Virus record (IMG/VR): IMGVR_UViG_3300013383_000024
Location: 1-64,000 of that record
Source of the DNA: a virus
Taxonomy: Duplodnaviria; Caudoviricetes
Reading direction: 5' to 3' (one strand)
DNA length: 64,000 nt
The position numbers and the translations under genes were made by a program. Positions 58,580 through 64,000 of this stretch are shown in pieces (the stretch's first letter is position 1; every line of letters begins with the position of its first letter). Below the pieces are notes generated by a model. That model did not search any database. It worked only from the letters and a program-made list of their open reading frames with translations, and was not told where the DNA came from.

Positions 58580-61422
58580 TGGCAACGATTGTTACCAAAA
58601 AACTCAGCATTAATGAAGATAATATAGAGAACTATTGCAGCGCAGATAACGTATCGTTTAGTGTTAGCGGCCACGCTTGGCGTAAATGGCTCAATGGCAG
58701 CACAGATGGCTATGTAATACTTAAAGATAACGGCAAGTCAGAGCTGTACCCGACAAGTACAGCTCACCCGTTCAAAGCAGATTCCACAATGTCTGCATCT
58801 CGCTCTGCGGGCACTTGCACCGTCGACCTACAATTTGCAGGAACTAAAGTTCACGAGGAATCATACACGTCAGGCTCTCAAACGAGCAAGTCAAAGCAGA
58901 ATATAACCGATAGCGCTGTGACCAATAGCACCAGGGCGACAGAAATCAAATGGCACGTCTACGGCAAAAACGGAGACAACCAACGCGGTGATTTGATCGA
59001 GCTGACTCTGTACTTCAATCAGTACAGCGCTCAGGCATTGATCGGTGACGGCGCTAACGGTATTCAATCGGTTAGTGTATCGAATGTTTCACCTTACTAC
59101 GGTGACACTATCGCTTTTGGTATTAAGATGGTGCAAGGTGCGACATTCGATGGCTGGTATAGCGATTCCGCCTGTACTCAGTTAGTAAGTGCTGAGACTA
59201 CTTATTCAATGGCTCCGACCGCCGATGTGATACTCTATGCTAAAGCCACTACAGATGCTACTTTGTATAATGTAAGTGCAATTGCAGGAGCAGAAATTGC
59301 AAGCGTAAGTGTGAGTGATAGTATCGTTCCCGAGGGCGGCACAGCTACATTTACTGCTCAGGTCAATGAGGGATGCTCTTTTGAAGCGTGGTATTCGGAT
59401 GATACATGCACCACGGTTGTGAGCACAGAGAATCCTTATACTGCGACTATAACTGCTGATACTACGCTATACGCTAAGGCACATAGGAACAGCCTCAGTA
59501 TGTCTGTGGGCACTGCTGAACATGGTACTGCGACTGTCAGCGCTACGACCGTTGTTTGGGGCAACGACGTTACTTTTACGTTTACGCCCGAAGATGAGAC
59601 GTGGGAGCTGTATGGGTGGTATTCTGATGAAGGGTTGACGCAGCTTGTTAGTGAAGAAAATCCGTATACGTTTACGGCTACTGAGAATGTGACGCTATAT
59701 CCGAAGGTGGGTGCTAAACGATATACAATTACACTTAAACGTAATCTATATATAGGCAGTGGTATAACACATAATTTGACTATTGCTTCGTTGTATGAAG
59801 ATCAATTAACAGATACAGAACGGAAGTATATTAAAACCGGAGAATTTAGTAAAATTGATCAAACAAAAATATTTGATATAACAACAGTTAAGGGTAATGA
59901 TATGATTAGTATCATTACTGCAACATTAAAAGCACCAAAAAATTTATTATGTGTTTTATATCATACAATGTCGGGTTTTGGCAGTGCAACTTATTATACA
60001 TCAGGATTTGCTCTTAATAAGGACCCCGGAAAAGATTCTGATGGGATGCAAGATAAAGTAACGGACCCTTCCGTCGTTTGTGCATGGAACTATTATTCAT
60101 TTTATCCTACTGCCGCAGATACTTACTATGTAATAGTAGGATATACATGTGATTGTTTTGCTATTGCTAAAGATGGCATTGCTGATGTTTCCGTCCCACT
60201 TCGCGTAATGCAATACGCTAAAGCTCCATTTAGTGCTGAGCTCTCCCCGGGCTATGCATTCACAGGGTGGTATTCTGATGATGCTTGCACTAAATTAGTA
60301 ACAACTGATAATCCTGCTCAGATAACATGCCCATCTTATACGGGCGATTCAGTGTCTTCTACTTCCCTCACCCTCTACGCCAAAGCCGCTAAAGCAACTT
60401 ACTCCATCGGTGTAGGAGCAGCAGAACATTGCACAGCTTCTGTGAGTGCTGCTACAGCTCAGTATGGAGATGAGGTAATATTTAGCTGCGTAGTTGACGA
60501 GGGGTATGAGTTCAAGGGTTGGTACTCCGACGAGGGGCTGACTCAACTTGTGAGTGAGAGTGCAGAGTATGTGCATAGTGTGACGGGAGATGTTACGCTG
60601 TGGGCGAAGGTGGAGTTAATACAATATACTATTACACTTACACGGCCAGGGAAAATACTACAGCAATTTAACCCTTCACTCAAATTAGCTGTAATTAATT
60701 ATGCGGCGCTGACAAGAGAGGAAATAAACCAGCTAAAAACAGGGGACTATGATAAGATTGAGCAGTCAAAAGTTCTCAAAACTGCGAAAGCTTCTGGTTT
60801 GGGAGGTTCTGATGTAATCGCCAAAATCGAGTGCCCATATGGTCTGTATGTGGCTATGCATGTGTCGTTTAATATTCCTGCCAACAACACCTCAAAATAT
60901 ACTCAACCATACATTAACGACACTACCTGGTGGCCGTATTATTGGTACGCTCCTACTGGCGATGAGAATTTCACAGTTGGAGAATCGGGCTACCGTTGTG
61001 ATTGTACGGCGCTTCCTCTTGGCGGCATAGAATATGTGGATGTTACGACTCCTGTTGTCCAGACGAAGAAAGCTATTTTTACTGCCGAAGTTAAGCCCGG
61101 ACACAAATTCGATGCTTGGTATTCAGATGAAACATGCACCATAAAAGTGTCTACCGATAATCCTGCTACAGTTACCACACCTCAAGGTGAGTTGATTAAC
61201 GACTTGTACAACCAATACGGTCTCGCTTCTCTTACACTTTATGCGAAAGCAATATCCACTACCGCCTCAGCTACAGGCATCTCCCTCAAACGCAACAGTT
61301 CTTGGTCAGAAGCAAAATCGGTGTATAGGAAGGTTAGTGACACCTGGGTAGCCGATACCGACTACTGCAAAACCCTATTATCTCAAAAAGACCGCATAGG
61401 TACTTTTGTTCATATCGTGTAA
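58579..61422 (+). CDS. Adhesin-like tail protein with multiple InlB B/divergent bacterial repeats
   Basis: Six F.(G/A)WYSD..CT.LVS..NP..TLYAKA-type repeats. Confidence 0.75.
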   Translation: MATIVTKKLSINEDNIENYCSADNVSFSVSGHAWRKWLNGSTDGYVILKDNGKSELYPTSTAHPFKADSTMSASRSAGTCTVDLQFAGTKVHEESYTSGSQTSKSKQNITDSAVTNSTRATEIKWHVYGKNGDNQRGDLIELTLYFNQYSAQALIGDGANGIQSVSVSNVSPYYGDTIAFGIKMVQGATFDGWYSDSACTQLVSAETTYSMAPTADVILYAKATTDATLYNVSAIAGAEIASVSVSDSIVPEGGTATFTAQVNEGCSFEAWYSDDTCTTVVSTENPYTATITADTTLYAKAHRNSLSMSVGTAEHGTATVSATTVVWGNDVTFTFTPEDETWELYGWYSDEGLTQLVSEENPYTFTATENVTLYPKVGAKRYTITLKRNLYIGSGITHNLTIASLYEDQLTDTERKYIKTGEFSKIDQTKIFDITTVKGNDMISIITATLKAPKNLLCVLYHTMSGFGSATYYTSGFALNKDPGKDSDGMQDKVTDPSVVCAWNYYSFYPTAADTYYVIVGYTCDCFAIAKDGIADVSVPLRVMQYAKAPFSAELSPGYAFTGWYSDDACTKLVTTDNPAQITCPSYTGDSVSSTSLTLYAKAAKATYSIGVGAAEHCTASVSAATAQYGDEVIFSCVVDEGYEFKGWYSDEGLTQLVSESAEYVHSVTGDVTLWAKVELIQYTITLTRPGKILQQFNPSLKLAVINYAALTREEINQLKTGDYDKIEQSKVLKTAKASGLGGSDVIAKIECPYGLYVAMHVSFNIPANNTSKYTQPYINDTTWWPYYWYAPTGDENFTVGESGYRCDCTALPLGGIEYVDVTTPVVQTKKAIFTAEVKPGHKFDAWYSDETCTIKVSTDNPATVTTPQGELINDLYNQYGLASLTLYAKAISTTASATGISLKRNSSWSEAKSVYRKVSDTWVADTDYCKTLLSQKDRIGTFVHIV

Positions 61423-61454
61423 AAAAAAAGACCGCATCATTACGATGCGGTCTT
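61421..61454. terminator. Terminator hairpin with upstream A-run (minus-strand or bidirectional)
   Basis: A9, AAGACCGCATC-attac-GATGCGGTCTT. Confidence 0.6.
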
Positions 61455-61475
61455 ACTTGATGAAAGGAGAAATTT

Positions 61476-61766
61476 ATGGCTCTGCCTAAATATGAAAATA
61501 TTATCGCCAAGGATAACTATCTCGCCGATAGCGAAACCGGCAACAAGGTTGTGTTCTACGAATGCGACCCCAAGAAAAACTGCGAGTGTGCCGATAAAGG
61601 TATGTGCAATCCCTTGTCTGCTGAAGACAGTCGTGGTGTAGGCGGCTGTTCCAAAACCGTTAACCCCGCATTCCGCAAGGACGGCGGACGTTGTTGGTTT
61701 GCAGTTCTGAAGACTCCTGAGGACGGTGAGCCTTACTGGGGCCGCGAATACATAGAGGAGGCATAG
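61476..61766 (+). CDS. Small Cys-rich hypothetical protein
   Basis: RBS GAAAGGAG; YECDPKKNCEC..C. Confidence 0.65.
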   Translation: MALPKYENIIAKDNYLADSETGNKVVFYECDPKKNCECADKGMCNPLSAEDSRGVGGCSKTVNPAFRKDGGRCWFAVLKTPEDGEPYWGREYIEEA

Positions 61767-61769
61767 GTT

Positions 61770-62693
61770 ATGGCTCTGTTTAAAAATGCCGCAGAGGCAG
61801 TTAAGTACGCTGAAAGCCATATGGTCGTGCAGTACGCCACCAATAGTGATTGTTACCGCTCGGGCAGAAATATCACTCCTAACGGCTGCGTTAATCACTC
61901 CATTGGAGTTGCTCAGCCGAACGCAAAAGTTATATATAACATGATGAATCGCTCCGGCGCAGGCTGGGGCGTTAATGCTATTCTCGGAGACTTCCATACA
62001 GGCGAAGGCAAAATCATTCTCGCTATGCCATTGCAGAGGCGGCCTTGGGGATGCGCATCAGGCTGGAACGGCAGTTGGAATAACTCACGTATACAGTGGG
62101 AAGTTTGTGAGCCTGCCGGTCATACATATGCCGGTGGCACTATGATCAATTACAATGTAGCTAATAATGCCGGATACTTTGAGCGCATGTGGAAGCTGCT
62201 CGTCGCGTGGAATGTGTATTGCTGCGTGAAGCTCGGATACAACTCCAAGACAATTGCAGATCACGCGGAGAGTTACAGAGCCGGATATGGCTCTAACCAT
62301 AGTGATATGGGACAGTGGCTGCCTAAGCACGGCAAGAGTATGGATGCTCTCCGTCGTGAGGTGCAGGCTATTTTAGATTCTAAGGAGGACGAAGAAGTGA
62401 CTCAGGCTGAATTTGATAAGATGTTTAATACTCATATGGCGGCTCTCGCTACTAACAACGGCAGCACATGGAGTGAAGCTGCTCGCAAGTGGGCAGTCGA
62501 AACAGGTGTATGTGCCGGTGATGGTAAAGGCGGCTACAGCTGGCCTATGTATGTCACCCGTGAGCAGATGGTACAGTTCCTTTATAATCTGAACGAAAAG
62601 GTTATTAAGAACATCTCTGCTCCCGGTGTAGATAAAGAGGCGCTCGCCAAAGATGTAATCAAGACGATCGCCGATACTTTACAGGAGGTGTAA
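61770..62693 (+). CDS. Endolysin, N-acetylmuramoyl-L-alanine amidase with SLH-like C-terminus
   Basis: HS.G, PWGC, EVCEP, H.E, SNHSD; WSEAARKWA..G..TREQ. Confidence 0.85.
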   Translation: MALFKNAAEAVKYAESHMVVQYATNSDCYRSGRNITPNGCVNHSIGVAQPNAKVIYNMMNRSGAGWGVNAILGDFHTGEGKIILAMPLQRRPWGCASGWNGSWNNSRIQWEVCEPAGHTYAGGTMINYNVANNAGYFERMWKLLVAWNVYCCVKLGYNSKTIADHAESYRAGYGSNHSDMGQWLPKHGKSMDALRREVQAILDSKEDEEVTQAEFDKMFNTHMAALATNNGSTWSEAARKWAVETGVCAGDGKGGYSWPMYVTREQMVQFLYNLNEKVIKNISAPGVDKEALAKDVIKTIADTLQEV

Positions 62694-62696
62694 GTT

Positions 62697-62903
62697 ATGA
62701 AAGATTGGATGGTAAGAGCGATTAAAACATTCATTCAGGCAGCAGGTTCTTTCGTGATTGCCGACATCGCAGTTATCAACAATGCCCTGCTCGACTGGAA
62801 TACCGGTAAGCACGCACTGGCGACCTTGCTTGTTGGTGCTCTTGCGGCAGGTATTTGTGCGGCTTGGAATATCATAGATGAGCATCTGACCGCTAACAAA
62901 TAA
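62697..62903 (+). CDS. Holin
   Basis: RAIKTF.Q motif and two hydrophobic helices; next to the endolysin. Confidence 0.75.
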   Translation: MKDWMVRAIKTFIQAAGSFVIADIAVINNALLDWNTGKHALATLLVGALAAGICAAWNIIDEHLTANK

Positions 62904-62919
62904 GTAAGGAGGTCAGCTC

Positions 62920-63324
62920 ATGACCGACACAGATATTAAAAAGCTGGCCGAAGTGGATCAGCGGTCGAGGTCTAATGAACACAGATTGGATAACCTCGAA
63001 GACAATGTCGCTGATCTACGGAAGGAACAAAGTGCTATCTATCAACTTGCCGCTTCTGTTCAGGTGATTGCCGAGCAGACCAAGACGACAAGCGCAGACG
63101 TTAAGTTACTCAGCGCTAAAATTGATGAGCAAGGCAAAAAGATAGATAAGCAGGACAAAGATAGAGTAAGTGCAGAAAAAGCACTTGAGGACAAGATAGT
63201 TGCGGTTCAGAGCGCACCGGCAGTTGAGAAAGCGGATACTCTTGATAAGGTTAGAGTAGCTGTTATAACTGCGGTGTGTTCGGGTATAGCGACATTGATA
63301 CTGGGTAAATTGCTTGGTATGTAA
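62920..63324 (+). CDS. Coiled-coil protein with C-terminal TM (XhlA/holin-accessory-like)
   Basis: RSRSNEHRLD motif; hydrophobic C-terminus. Confidence 0.6.
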   Translation: MTDTDIKKLAEVDQRSRSNEHRLDNLEDNVADLRKEQSAIYQLAASVQVIAEQTKTTSADVKLLSAKIDEQGKKIDKQDKDRVSAEKALEDKIVAVQSAPAVEKADTLDKVRVAVITAVCSGIATLILGKLLGM

Positions 63325-63386
63325 TCTGAGATGTGTGGGTGTTATCTCAGGTTGTGATTAAGCAAATCAGGATTAGAAAATAATAA

Positions 63387-63417
63387 AGGCGGAGCGCATT
63401 TGCGCTCCGCCTACTTT
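63387..63417 (+). terminator. Terminator ending the late operon
   Basis: AGGCGGAGCGCA-tt-TGCGCTCCGCCT-ACTTT. Confidence 0.75.
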
Positions 63418-63429
63418 ATATGAGATGCA

Positions 63430-63458
63430 TTGACATTCTATTTAGTTTGTGATAATAT
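63430..63458 (+). promoter_or_regulatory. sigma-A promoter
   Basis: TTGACA-N17-TAATAT with TGn. Confidence 0.6.
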
Positions 63459-63506
63459 GTAACTAAATTAATTTCATTACATATATCTGAAATGAGGTGA
63501 TACGTT

Positions 63507-64000
63507 ATGACAGACTACAGGCAACTTTGTATAGACCTGTTTGGAACAGATGATGAAGATGAAATTCGCAAAATTGCCGCAGAAAAGAACGCTCGTAATG
63601 CCGGGCGAAAGAAAAAGTTTACTCAGCAAGATATCGATGACATGGCAGAGATGCGTTCTCGCGGAGTTACGCTTAAGGATATAGCTGTATCTTACGACAC
63701 ATCGAGACAGGTTATCAGCAGGTATCTCAATAACGCCCCCGAACCTGGATACACCATGCGTATGGTTTATATGTATAACGCCACGCCTTGTTCCGATATA
63801 GATGTCAATTTCCTCGACAGAAAAATTAGAGTTCGCAATTATACCGATGACCCCCTGCATCGAGCCTTTGGTGTGCTTACTGACCCTACATGGAATGATT
63901 TTGAGGACTTCCTTGAATACCGCTGTTTCCCTAATACTAGAGGCGATGCTAAGAGGCTTCTTAACCAACTGGGTGTCGATAGCTATGACCCATTACAAAT
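63507..64000 (+). CDS. HTH protein with HipA-N-terminal-like C-terminal domain (truncated by the window end)
   Basis: RBS GAGGTGA, ATG 63507, open to 64000: RNAGRKKKF..TLKDIA..TSRQVISRYL; FLEYRCFPNTR..LGVDSYDPL; missed by the ORF track. Confidence 0.7.
   Translation, partial: MTDYRQLCIDLFGTDDEDEIRKIAAEKNARNAGRKKKFTQQDIDDMAEMRSRGVTLKDIAVSYDTSRQVISRYLNNAPEPGYTMRMVYMYNATPCSDIDVNFLDRKIRVRNYTDDPLHRAFGVLTDPTWNDFEDFLEYRCFPNTRGDAKRLLNQLGVDSYDPLQ

Noticed and set aside
63477-63968. 163-aa minus-strand ORF
   Set aside because: Shadow of the plus-strand gene starting at 63507, which has a promoter, RBS and HTH
1-64000. CRISPR array, tRNA/rRNA, reverse transcriptase/DGR cassette, IS transposase, att site
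   Set aside because: None recognisable by eye; tRNAscan-SE, CRISPR finders and the flanking sequence would be needed to exclude them fully

Overview
The window is a continuous stretch of a large SPbeta-like temperate phage (or prophage) of a probable Clostridia/Firmicutes host, with almost all genes on the + strand. Gene order: tyrosine recombinase, AT-rich structured intergenic region, YonV-like helicase, YonO-like single-subunit RNA polymerase, metallophosphoesterase, HU-like protein, terminase, portal, protease/scaffold, capsid, head-tail and tail genes, tape measure, Dit/Tal, a long tail-fibre/adhesin block (including a 2287-aa CotH-kinase-like protein), amidase/holin lysis genes, and a truncated HTH gene with its own sigma-A promoter. 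Four essential genes that look fragmented in the ORF track are interrupted by six group I introns: RNAP 5515-6579; TerL 11551-11800 and 12079-13124; portal 15514-16491; tape measure 27779-28684 and ~33347-33833. Removing them restores the reading frames and conserved motifs. Three introns carry endonuclease ORFs. The most unusual element is the tape-measure intron 27779-28684. It carries no nuclease; instead it holds an antisense 120-aa gene with its own sigma-A promoter, whose TLGELD repeats match a tail-module protein of the same phage (41171-41599), plus a convergent 64-aa sense ORF. This is a candidate intron-concealed tail-mimic defence/counter-defence cassette. All family assignments come from manual motif recognition and gene order, not database searches.
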